Source: Myxococcota bacterium (GTDB lineage Bacteria > Myxococcota_A > UBA9160 > UBA4427). From it: a stretch of DNA of 21,680 nucleotides. How positions within the stretch are numbered: the stretch's first letter is position 1; every line of letters begins with the position of its first letter. Shown here piece by piece: positions 7,603 to 15,915 of the stretch. A program made the translations under genes and the position numbers. The stretch is from positions 1 through 21,680 of the forward strand of contig JAYZFK010000028.1 of NCBI GenBank assembly GCA_036336835.1. The letters run 5' to 3'. The notes under the pieces were generated by a model. That model did no database searches, had not been told where the DNA came from, and worked only from the letters and a program-made list of their open reading frames with translations.

Positions 7603-10462
7603 ACGCCCGGTCGGCACCGGCGACGCCGTCGAAGGCGCGGTGCAGCAACTGGACCTGTTCTCTCTTGTGGATTCGCATCGAGCCCGTGGCGGGGCTGGCG
7701 GATTCTTCTCGGCCGACGTATTCGAGCTTGATGTCCGCTCGAACAGCGAGCTTGAGCCGGGGGGCAACGAAGCTCCAGGGACCCATGTTATGTGGTTCTT
7801 CCTGGACCCAGATGACCCGCTGCGCGTTGGCGTAGAGGCGGGTCGTCTCCTCTAATGCCTCGTCCGGCCACGGGTAGAGCTCTTCGACTCGACACACTGC
7901 AACACGGTGGGCCGCCTCGCCGAGCCGGCGCTCCCGCTCCGCGAGCAGGTCGTAGTAGACCTTGCCGCTGCAGAAGAGCACCCGCTCGACCTCCTTCGCG
8001 CGGCTCGCGGCCACCGGATCGCCGATCAGCGGCTGGAAGCCGCCGCGGGTGAGGGCTTCGAACGAAGAGGTCGCTGCCGGCGCGCGCAACAGACTCTTGG
8101 GCGTAAAGATCACGAGTGGAGCTCGGTAGCGGCGCTTGGTCTGGCGCCGCAGGACGTGGAAGTACTGCGCGGGCGTCGTGCAGTTCACGACCTGAATGCA
8201 GTCTTCGGCACAGATCTGCAGGAAGCGCTCGATCCGAGCGCTCGAGTGTTCGGGCCCCTGCCCTTCGTAGCCGTGCGGCAGCAGCATCACCAGACCACTC
8301 ATCCGCTGCCACTTTGCGTGGGCGCTCGAGATGAACTGGTCGATCACCACCTGAGCACCGTTCGCGAAGTCTCCGAATTGCGCCTCCCACAGCACGAGCG
8401 TGTACGGATCTGCCAGGCTGTAGCCGTAATCGAAGCCGAGCACCGCCGCCTCGGAAAGATGGGAGTCGTAGACCTCGAAGCGCGCCTGGTAGTCAGCCAG
8501 GTTTGCGAGCCCGCAGTATTCCTCGTCGGTCTTCTGGTCGACGACCACAGCGTGGCGGTGAGAGAAGGTCCCGCGCGAGCTGTCCTGGCCGGACAGCCGC
8601 ACCGGTGTCCCTTCGAGCACCAGCGACCCGAAGGCGAGCAGCTCGCCCATCGCCCAGTCCAGCGGCTGATCGGCCGACAGGGCCTTGCGCCGTTTCTCCA
8701 GCAGCGTGCGCAGCTTGGGATGCACCTCGAACCCGGCGGGCACGCTGCCCACGCCCTCGACGACCTGCTCCAACAGCTCGACGGACACGGCCGTATCGGG
8801 CTGCTCCGCAGGGCGGACCCGCTCGAAGCCCGTCCAGGGGCCGCGCGGGTCGTAGGGCTCGTCAGCGCCCGGCGGCCGCGTGTGGATGACCTGCAGCGCG
8901 TGCTGCAGCGCGTCGCCGAGACGCGTCTCGATCGTCTCCGCGACCTCTCCATCGAGCGCGCCGCGCTCGACCAGGTAGTCCGTATACAGCTTTCGCACCG
9001 AGGGGCGCTGCCGAATCTTCTTGTACAGGCTCGGCTGCGTGAAGCTCGGCTCGTCTCCCTCGTTGTGTCCGTGGCGTCGGTAACAGATCAGATCGATCAC
9101 GACGTCGACGCCGAAGCGCCCGCGGTAGGCAAGCGCCTGCTTCACGCAGTAGACGACTGCGTCGGGGTCGTCGCCATTGACGTGAAAGATCGGTACCTGG
9201 ATCATCTTCGCGACGTCGCTGCAGTAGAGCGTCGAGCGCGCCTCCGCTGGAGTGGTGGTGAACCCGATCTGGTTGTTCACGATCACGTGGATCGTGCCAC
9301 CGGTCGAGTACCCCTCGAGACCGGAGAGGTTCAGCGTCTCCGCCACGATCCCCTGACCCGCAAACGCGGCATCGCCGTGGATGATGACCGGGATCGTCTT
9401 CTTGCCGAGCAGATCGCCACTGCGCACCTGCTTGGCGCGCGTGCGCCCCTCGACCACCGGACCGACGACCTCGAGATGCGACGGGTTGGAGGTGAGCGTG
9501 AGGTGGACGGTCTCCCCGCTGGCCGTGGTCCGATCGTTGCTGTAGCCCTTGTGGTACTTGACATCTCCCGAACCGAACGGCGAGTCGAGCAGCGGGCTGT
9601 CCGAGAACTCCGAGAAGATCGACTCATAGGATTTGCCGAGCACGTTGACCAGGACGTTCAGACGGCCGCGATGCGCCATGCCGAAGACGATCTCACCGAT
9701 CCCGTGAGAAGGCGCGTCCTCGACGATCGTGTCGAGCAGCGGGATCAACGACTCCGCGCCCTCCAGCGAGAAGCGCTTCTGCCCCAGAAATTTCGTGTGG
9801 AGGAAACGCTCGAACAACTCGGCCGCAGACAGCTTCTCGAGGATCCGCCGCTGCTCTGCGGGCTCGAGGCGAGCCTGGTTCTGGGAAGCTTCCATCAACT
9901 CGCGCAGATACTGGCGCGGGCCCGGATCCTGGACGTGGGTGAACTCGACGCCGACCGAGCCGCAGTAGGTACGCTCGAGGACCTCGATGATCTCGCCGAG
10001 CGTCTGCACCGACGGCCCCGGGATCTCCCCGCCGACGCGATACGCGTGTCTCAGATCGTCGTGACCGAACCCATAGTGAGCCGGATCGACCTCGGGGAAA
10101 TACGGGGGCTTGTCCTCGAGCGGATTCGTCTTTGCGACGCGGTGCCCGCGCGATCGGAAGGCGTGGATCAGACGTAGCACCCGCGCGTGCTTGCCGCCGA
10201 GATCGGTCGTCTCAGCAGGGGGGACCCGAGCCGGGCGATCGGCCGCCGGAAGCCTCGGGGTCTGTACAGCGGGCTCTGCCACCGGAGACGGCGCCAGCCC
10301 CTCGAAGATGCGCACCCATTCCGGATGAACCGAGCCCGGGTCGACCCGGTAGCTCTCGCGGATCTCTTCGACAAACGCCGCGTTGACACCGAAATCACCG
10401 CCCGAGCCCTCGACCGGCTCGGCAACCGCCGGGGTGCTCGGGTTCTTCCCGTCGGGATCCAT
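7601..10462 (-). CDS. sucA: 2-oxoglutarate dehydrogenase E1 component
   Basis: 953 aa from ATG 10462, with AGGAG upstream. KRFSLEG, GMAHRGRLN, GDVKYH, NPSHLE, ThDP motif HGDAAFAGQG...NNQIGFTT, RLSGQD, WEAQFGDF, LPHGYEGQGPEHSSAR. Confidence 0.97.
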   Translation of the reverse strand: MDPDGKNPSTPAVAEPVEGSGGDFGVNAAFVEEIRESYRVDPGSVHPEWVRIFEGLAPSPVAEPAVQTPRLPAADRPARVPPAETTDLGGKHARVLRLIHAFRSRGHRVAKTNPLEDKPPYFPEVDPAHYGFGHDDLRHAYRVGGEIPGPSVQTLGEIIEVLERTYCGSVGVEFTHVQDPGPRQYLRELMEASQNQARLEPAEQRRILEKLSAAELFERFLHTKFLGQKRFSLEGAESLIPLLDTIVEDAPSHGIGEIVFGMAHRGRLNVLVNVLGKSYESIFSEFSDSPLLDSPFGSGDVKYHKGYSNDRTTASGETVHLTLTSNPSHLEVVGPVVEGRTRAKQVRSGDLLGKKTIPVIIHGDAAFAGQGIVAETLNLSGLEGYSTGGTIHVIVNNQIGFTTTPAEARSTLYCSDVAKMIQVPIFHVNGDDPDAVVYCVKQALAYRGRFGVDVVIDLICYRRHGHNEGDEPSFTQPSLYKKIRQRPSVRKLYTDYLVERGALDGEVAETIETRLGDALQHALQVIHTRPPGADEPYDPRGPWTGFERVRPAEQPDTAVSVELLEQVVEGVGSVPAGFEVHPKLRTLLEKRRKALSADQPLDWAMGELLAFGSLVLEGTPVRLSGQDSSRGTFSHRHAVVVDQKTDEEYCGLANLADYQARFEVYDSHLSEAAVLGFDYGYSLADPYTLVLWEAQFGDFANGAQVVIDQFISSAHAKWQRMSGLVMLLPHGYEGQGPEHSSARIERFLQICAEDCIQVVNCTTPAQYFHVLRRQTKRRYRAPLVIFTPKSLLRAPAATSSFEALTRGGFQPLIGDPVAASRAKEVERVLFCSGKVYYDLLAERERRLGEAAHRVAVCRVEELYPWPDEALEETTRLYANAQRVIWVQEEPHNMGPWSFVAPRLKLAVRADIKLEYVGREESASPATGSMRIHKREQVQLLHRAFDGVAGADRA

Positions 10463-10507
10463 CCGGGTCACTCCTGCTCCCGCTCCACACCCATCCGCGG
10501 CGGCGGG

Positions 10508-10513
10508 ACGATA
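10508..10513 (-). promoter_or_regulatory. Putative -10 element TATCGT for sucA
   Basis: The minus strand reads GGTATCGT about 45 nt upstream of ATG 10462. The same hexamer precedes the Nudix gene. Confidence 0.4.
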
Positions 10514-10560
10514 CCCCCGTCATCGGTCCCCCCGCATCCCCACTCAAGGCCGCACACGCC

Positions 10561-10569
10561 TGCTAGGTT
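10561..10569 (+). promoter_or_regulatory. Putative extended -10 element (TGC-TAGGTT) for mpg
   Basis: A TGnTANNNT pattern ends 9 nt before TTG 10579. Confidence 0.35.
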
Positions 10570-10578
10570 GCTGCTCAG

Positions 10579-11211
10579 TTGAAACCCGGAGCCCGTCTCT
10601 CACGCGCCTTCTTCTGCCGGCGCGCGACCGAGGTCGCTCGCGACCTGATCGGAGCGTTCCTCTACCGCCGGCTGAGCGACGGCCGTCGCGTCGGAGGACG
10701 GCTGGTCGAGGTAGAAGCCTACCTGGGCGATGGGAGCGATCCGTCCGCGCACTCCTACCGAGGCGCGACCGCGCGCAACCGGACCATGTTCGGCCCTCCT
10801 GGGCGCCTCTACGCCTACCGCAGCTACGGCATGCACACCTGTGTCAACGTCGTCTGCGAGCCCGCGGGCGTGGGCGCCGCAGTGCTGCTCCGGGCGCTCG
10901 AGCCGACCGGCGACCTGGCTGCGATGCGCGAGCTGCGCGGGCTCGGGCTCGACGCGCCGGCGCGCTCGCTCGCACGCGGCCCGGGGCGGCTGGGCCAGGC
11001 GATGGGCTTCACGCTGGAGCACGACGGCACCAGCCTGCTCCGCGGGACGGTCTCGCTGCACGCGGCGGCCGCCGACCGGGCACGGCCGCGGGTCCTGTGC
11101 GGCCCTCGAGTCGGGATCACCCGGGCCGCCGACCTGCCCTATCGCTTCTACGAAGCGGGCAGCAGCTGGGTGAGTCCGTTTCGGCCCGGCAAGCCGCGCA
11201 AGCGCCGCTGA
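10579..11211 (+). CDS. mpg: DNA-3-methyladenine glycosylase (MPG/AAG family)
   Basis: VARDLIG, GRLVEVEAYLG, MFGPPGRLYAYRSYGMHTCVNVV, AVLLRALEP, GPGRL, RVGIT. Confidence 0.95.
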   Translation: MKPGARLSRAFFCRRATEVARDLIGAFLYRRLSDGRRVGGRLVEVEAYLGDGSDPSAHSYRGATARNRTMFGPPGRLYAYRSYGMHTCVNVVCEPAGVGAAVLLRALEPTGDLAAMRELRGLGLDAPARSLARGPGRLGQAMGFTLEHDGTSLLRGTVSLHAAAADRARPRVLCGPRVGITRAADLPYRFYEAGSSWVSPFRPGKPRKRR

Positions 11212-11220
11212 GCGAAGGGA

Positions 11221-11568
11221 TCAACTCGGCCCGGGCGCGAGGATCGCGAGCACCACGAGTCGCTGTCCGCTGTCGTTGCGGATGCCGTGCGGTACTCCCT
11301 CGGGAGCGATCAGCATCACGCCCGCCTCCATCGGGATCTCGCGGCCCTCGAGCAGGAACACACCCGAGCCTTGGAGCACCTGATAGACCTTGTCCATCCC
11401 CCCGTGGGCGTGGAGCTTGTGCTCCTGCCCGGCCTCGAAGCTGTTCAGCCCGACGAGAATGCGTTCCGAGTCGAAGAGCGTGGCCTTGCCCATCTTTTCG
11501 GAGTTGAACACGGCGTGCTGCTCGGGTCGGATCGCGGCGGGGTGCTCCATTGGGGCTCTCTCCTTCAT
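11221..11568 (-). CDS. Cupin domain protein
   Basis: GQEHKLHAHGGMDKVYQVLQG and GVMLIAPEGVPHGIRN match cupin motifs 1 and 2. ATGA overlap with the upstream hydrolase. ATG 11550 is an alternative start. Confidence 0.85.
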   Translation of the reverse strand: MKERAPMEHPAAIRPEQHAVFNSEKMGKATLFDSERILVGLNSFEAGQEHKLHAHGGMDKVYQVLQGSGVFLLEGREIPMEAGVMLIAPEGVPHGIRNDSGQRLVVLAILAPGPS

Positions 11569-12464
11569 CGCGGCGGGGACGGCGCGGCCCAGTCCGCGCC
11601 GACGAACTCGAAGACGGCATCGACGACCGCGGCCGGGCGCTCCATCACGACGAGGTGGCCGCCCTCGATCTCCGTGAGCTCACCCTGGGCCAGCACGGCG
11701 ACGATCTCGCGGTAGGTCTCGAGCGAGAAGTTGCCCTCGGTCGCGCGGACGATGCGGATCGGGAGGTTCGCCTTCTCAGCCCGCTCATGGGGGTCGAACA
11801 GCCGGCCCCCATTGAAGATCGCCGCTTCGACGCGGCCCGGGCACTTGAGCTCGACGCCCTGCGCGGCGTCGGCCAGCGCTTCGTCTAGGTAGATTCCGAG
11901 AGCGCGCGCGGGCCAGCTCTCGAACAGCGGCTTCTCGGCGAAGAATGCCCGGGCTTCGGCACGGCTCTCCCACTGGTGACGGCGCTTGCGCGCTCGCTCT
12001 GCCATCGGGTTCCCACCGGCCATCGCGTGAGGCACAGTAGACCCCGGAGCCGGCAGGAGAACCGGATCGATCAGGAGCGCGCGACGGTAGAGGCCGTCGC
12101 GTTCGGCGGCCGCGGCCATCGTCAGCGTCCCACCGAACGAGTGCCCGACCCCGAGCTCGATCGCTTGCGCGTCCGCCCGTTCGATCACCCAATCGGCGAC
12201 GCACACGAGGTCGCGGGCCATCGTGGTCCAGCGGTAGGCCTCGTCCCCGAGCGGCTTGCTCGAATCGCCGTGACCGCGCGCATCCACTGCAAAGACCCGG
12301 AAGCGCTCGGCGAGGCGCTCCGCAATGGGTGCCCAGAGCGCAGCACAGAAGCCGTTGGCGTGATGCAGCAGCGCGGGCGGGCCCGAGCCGGGCCACTCGA
12401 TCAGGGCCAGCTCGATGCCCGGCTCACAGCCCGGAACACGGTGTCGCAGGACGTCGGAGAGCAC
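11565..12464 (-). CDS. Alpha/beta fold hydrolase
   Basis: HHANGF, DARGHGDS, nucleophile elbow GHSFG, LLIDPV and C-terminal GGHLVVMERP. Confidence 0.9.
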   Translation of the reverse strand: MLSDVLRHRVPGCEPGIELALIEWPGSGPPALLHHANGFCAALWAPIAERLAERFRVFAVDARGHGDSSKPLGDEAYRWTTMARDLVCVADWVIERADAQAIELGVGHSFGGTLTMAAAAERDGLYRRALLIDPVLLPAPGSTVPHAMAGGNPMAERARKRRHQWESRAEARAFFAEKPLFESWPARALGIYLDEALADAAQGVELKCPGRVEAAIFNGGRLFDPHERAEKANLPIRIVRATEGNFSLETYREIVAVLAQGELTEIEGGHLVVMERPAAVVDAVFEFVGADWAAPSPPR

Positions 12465-12659
12465 GGGGCGGCATGCGTAGCGATTCTCGACGCATCCCGC
12501 GACTCGGCCCCGCGCGACCGGCAGCGGCCTCGAACTCGCGCCCCTCGACCGACGACGTCCCCAGGCCTACCGAACGCCACGTCGAGCCGTCCGAGCACCC
12601 ACCGACGCGAGAGGAACGGGTCGCGAACGGGAGGCCGCTCTCTCCCGCCACAGCGCGGC

Positions 12660-12693
12660 GTTTCATGAAACTTGCAGGCCGGCTCACTATCGT
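12660..12693 (+). promoter_or_regulatory. 12-bp palindrome (operator-like) plus -10 TATCGT of the Nudix-Fpg operon
   Basis: GTTTCATGAAAC (12660-12671) is a perfect palindrome covering the -35 position (ATGAAA, 17-nt spacer). TATCGT at 12688-12693 is 6 nt before ATG 12700. Confidence 0.5.
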
Positions 12694-12699
12694 CTTCCG

Positions 12700-13329
12700 A
12701 TGCCTCTCCACAGGCGGGTCGACGCCGATCTGCGCATGCAGCTCGAGCAGAATCTCGCGCGCTTCGAGGCGCGCTTCGAGGCGCGTCCCGAGCTGCGGCG
12801 AGCGGGCGTGTGCATCGTGATCACGGACGACGAGCACGGGAGCCCGTGCCTGTTGATCACACGCCGGCCCACGACGTTGCGGCGCCATCCGGGCCAGTGG
12901 GCGCTCCCCGGCGGCCGGCTCGACCCGGGCGAGAGCGCACTCGAGGGCGGCCTGCGCGAGCTCGACGAAGAGCTCGGCCTCGCGCTCGCGCCCGAGAGCC
13001 TGCTCGGGGAACTCGATGTGTACGAGACGCGATCGGGCTTCGCGATCCAGCCGCTGGTGCTGTGGGGCGGGCCAGGCTGCGAGGTAGTCCCCGATCCGCA
13101 CGAGGTGGCCTCGTGGCACCACGTCCCCTTCAGTGAGCTGGAGAAGCCCGAGGTGCCGCAGCTGCATCGGATCCCCGAGAGCGACAGGCCGTTGATCGTG
13201 CTGCCCATCATCGGCGCCCACATCAACGCGCCGACGGCAGCGATCCTGTATCAGTTCGTCGAGGTCGCGATCCGCGGCAAGGACACTCGCGTCGCGCACT
13301 ACGACCAGCCCGTGTTCGCGTGGAAGTGA
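12700..13329 (+). CDS. Nudix hydrolase, CoA pyrophosphatase (NudL/Pcd1-like) family
   Basis: CoA-type motif [22 protein letters not shown] followed by the Nudix box [22 protein letters not shown]. Confidence 0.88.
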   Translation: MPLHRRVDADLRMQLEQNLARFEARFEARPELRRAGVCIVITDDEHGSPCLLITRRPTTLRRHPGQWALPGGRLDPGESALEGGLRELDEELGLALAPESLLGELDVYETRSGFAIQPLVLWGGPGCEVVPDPHEVASWHHVPFSELEKPEVPQLHRIPESDRPLIVLPIIGAHINAPTAAILYQFVEVAIRGKDTRVAHYDQPVFAWK

Positions 13330-13336
13330 GGCGGAC

Positions 13337-14269
13337 GTGCCCGAGCTTCCGGACCTGACCGTGTACGTCGAAGCACTCGAGCGCCACGTCGGCGGCGCTG
13401 TGCTCGAGCGGATTCGGATCGCGAGCCCCTCGCTGCTCCGCTCGGTCGACCCGCCCGTCGCCGCCGCCGAAGGTCGGCGCGTCACCAAGATTCGCCGGGT
13501 TGCCAAGCGGATCGCGATCGAGCTCGACGGCGAGCTCTACCTGGTCTTCCACCTGATGATCGCGGGCCGCTTCCGCTGGAAGAAGAAGGGAACGCGGGTG
13601 GCGCGCAAGGGCGGTCACGCGGCATTCGACTTCGGGCCCTCGGCCGCCGGCGTCGGCGGCGGCAGCCTGATGCTGACCGAAGCGAGCACGAAGAAGCGCG
13701 CCTCTCTGTACCTCGTCCGAGGCGCCGAGGGGCTGCGGGAGCACGATCCCGGCGGCCGCGAGGTGTTCAGCTGCGACCTCGCCGAATTCCGAGCCGGCCT
13801 CGCCACCGGCAACCACACGCTGAAGCGTGCGCTCGCGGATCCGCACCTGTTCGCCGGAATCGGCAACGCCTACTCCGACGAGATCCTGCACCGCGCCCGG
13901 CTCTCTCCGGTGAAGCTCACACACGCGCTCGCCGACGACGAGAGCAAGCGCCTGTTCCATGCAACGCGCGATGTACTCCGCGACTGGGTCGAGCGCCTGC
14001 GCGCGGAGAACGGAGACGGCTTCCCCGACAAGGTCACCGCGTTCCGTCCCGAGATGGCCGCGCACGGACGCTTCGGCGAGCCGTGCCCGGACTGCCGCGC
14101 TCCGATCCAGCGCATCCGCTACGCCGACAACGAGACCAACTACTGTGCCCCGTGCCAGACGGGCGGCAAGCTGTTGGCCGACCGGGCGCTCTCACGATTG
14201 CTGAAGAAGGACTGGCCACGCAGCCTCGAGGAGATGGAGGAGCGCCGCACGGGAGGCGGAGCGGGCTGA
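13337..14269 (+). CDS. Fpg/Nei family DNA glycosylase (atypical subgroup)
   Basis: N-terminal PELPD, HLMIAG, H2[15 protein letters not shown]4 zinc finger CPDC...CAPCQT. GAGG upstream of the GTG start. Confidence 0.92.
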   Translation: MPELPDLTVYVEALERHVGGAVLERIRIASPSLLRSVDPPVAAAEGRRVTKIRRVAKRIAIELDGELYLVFHLMIAGRFRWKKKGTRVARKGGHAAFDFGPSAAGVGGGSLMLTEASTKKRASLYLVRGAEGLREHDPGGREVFSCDLAEFRAGLATGNHTLKRALADPHLFAGIGNAYSDEILHRARLSPVKLTHALADDESKRLFHATRDVLRDWVERLRAENGDGFPDKVTAFRPEMAAHGRFGEPCPDCRAPIQRIRYADNETNYCAPCQTGGKLLADRALSRLLKKDWPRSLEEMEERRTGGGAG

Positions 14270-14285
14270 GCGCGGACCCGCGCTC
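14268..14285. terminator. Hairpin at a convergent junction
   Basis: GAGCGCGG-AC-CCGCGCTC begins inside the TGA stop of the Fpg/Nei gene. There is no U-tract. Confidence 0.4.
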
Positions 14286-14303
14286 CTCGCCGAGCGGACC
14301 CAG

Positions 14304-15881
14304 CTAGTCGTCGGGGAATCCTCGCCGGATCGACTTGGCGGCTCGCGGATCACCGGGCGCGAACAGCCACCAGCTCACGCCGCTACTGCCGGGAACGATC
14401 TCGAAGTCGCGAGCGAACAGCGAGCGCACCTTGAGCTCTCCGCCCTCGCGGATCGCGATCGGGAGCGACAGCTCGCGACCCTCGGCGCGCGCGGTATCGA
14501 TCGTCTCGCGCAGCCGCGCCATCTCGGTACGCTGATCGAGGTGCCGGAGTGGCAGCATCACCCGAAGCGTGCCGACACCGAACGCGACCACGAAGATCAG
14601 GGCCGCGAGGGCAGGCGCGGCTCGGGGTCGCAGGAAGCGCCCCGCGAGGCACAGCGCCACAGCCAGCAACCCGATCCAGAGCACAGCGACCCCGGGCGGC
14701 CCTCCAAACCACGAGCGCAGCGGTGTGGCGAGCGGCAGCAACGGCGTCCGGCTCTGGAACGGATTCGTCTGCAGCAGGTCGACGTCGATCAGAGCGAGCC
14801 CAGCGGCGAGCAGAGCGAACGCGCCGAGCACTGATGGGACCAGTCTGCGAGTCGCGATCCGATCGAGCCAGACACCAACGAAGATCGACAGCAGGGGGAG
14901 CGCCGGCGTCCAGTACCAGCGGTGGTGTTTCTCGACCACGACGAAGAAGGCGAACACGCTGGCGATGAAGAGCCCGAGCACGACCAGGCGGACCCGTCCG
15001 TGCTCTTCCCTCGCCCACAGCAGCGAGCCGAAGGCGAACGGGTAGAGCAGCGAGTACGGGAAGGCGCCATACAGTACCGAGAAGAAGTAGAAGCGAGCGT
15101 TCGCCGCCACGCCGTGCCGGGAAGCGCCCGCCTCGGGCTCGAATGCCTGCGTCAGCATCCGGTCCGCCACCGAGAGGAAGTCATCCCAATGGGCAACGAG
15201 TTGGCCCGCGTGCCACACGAAGCCGAGCGGCAGCAGGAGCGCGGCGCTGCGCAGCCAGGGACCGATCCGCGCGCGTGCCGCCGGCAACAGCGCAAACGCG
15301 GCGGTCTCGGCAACCAGCGGCAGCAGAGCGAGCGGCAGCTTCCAGTTCGCGAGCAACAGCCAGCACACGTGGTGCAGCACGAGCCCCCGCCCCGTCTCGA
15401 CGTAGCGCACGAAGCACCAGGCCACGGCGGTGAAGAAGAATGCGGTCGCTGTCTCCAGCTCTCCGGTGCGCGCGCTGTGCCAGTAGACGAACTGGAACGT
15501 GGTCAGCTGGATGGCACTCACCAGGAATGCCGCGCGCCGGCTCGCGAGCCGACGTGCGAATGCATAGCTGAGCATCACGGAGGCGAGCCCGAACAGTGCT
15601 GACTGGATACGCATGGCGACCCGGCCATCGCCCAGCAGGGAGATCGCGAGCGCGCGTCCCCAGTACTGCAACGGCGCGTTCATGAAGGTGTCGTACAGCC
15701 GGTGCTCGCCGTGGAACTCGAGCCGCAAGAAGTCGCCCGTCTCGACCATCGTCGCGGCGACGGCGTGATAGAAGCCCTCGTCTCCGTTCACGACGCCGTA
15801 GCGTCCGAGCCCGTGAAACAGGATCAGATAGGCGAGCGGCACGAGCGCCAGCACCGCGGCGCGGCGGCGAAGGGCTAGCAT
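14304..15881 (-). CDS. ArnT/PMT-like GT-C membrane glycosyltransferase
   Basis: Many hydrophobic helices. DE dyad after TM1 (NGDEGFY..VAATMVETGD), APLQYW, MRIQSALFG, ARTGELE and RWYWTPALP. The start is probably ATG 15881 or 15896 rather than 15989. Confidence 0.82.
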   Translation of the reverse strand: MLALRRRAAVLALVPLAYLILFHGLGRYGVVNGDEGFYHAVAATMVETGDFLRLEFHGEHRLYDTFMNAPLQYWGRALAISLLGDGRVAMRIQSALFGLASVMLSYAFARRLASRRAAFLVSAIQLTTFQFVYWHSARTGELETATAFFFTAVAWCFVRYVETGRGLVLHHVCWLLLANWKLPLALLPLVAETAAFALLPAARARIGPWLRSAALLLPLGFVWHAGQLVAHWDDFLSVADRMLTQAFEPEAGASRHGVAANARFYFFSVLYGAFPYSLLYPFAFGSLLWAREEHGRVRLVVLGLFIASVFAFFVVVEKHHRWYWTPALPLLSIFVGVWLDRIATRRLVPSVLGAFALLAAGLALIDVDLLQTNPFQSRTPLLPLATPLRSWFGGPPGVAVLWIGLLAVALCLAGRFLRPRAAPALAALIFVVAFGVGTLRVMLPLRHLDQRTEMARLRETIDTARAEGRELSLPIAIREGGELKVRSLFARDFEIVPGSSGVSWWLFAPGDPRAAKSIRRGFPDD

Positions 15882-15915
15882 GGCGTCCTGGCGCATGACC
15901 TCGAGGAACGTCCGG

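Noticed and set aside
7907..10177. 756-aa plus-strand ORF
   Set aside because: It is the antisense shadow of sucA. Long stop-free antisense frames are expected at high GC, and it has no recognisable motifs.
12660..12671. Resemblance of the palindrome to a parS site
   Set aside because: It lacks the central CG and the outer T/A of the 16-bp TGTTTCACGTGAAACA consensus, so the half-site spacing is wrong. I kept it only as a generic operator candidate.
12424..13506. 360-aa minus-strand ORF crossing the large intergenic region
   Set aside because: It is mostly antisense to the Nudix and Fpg genes, with no domain signal.
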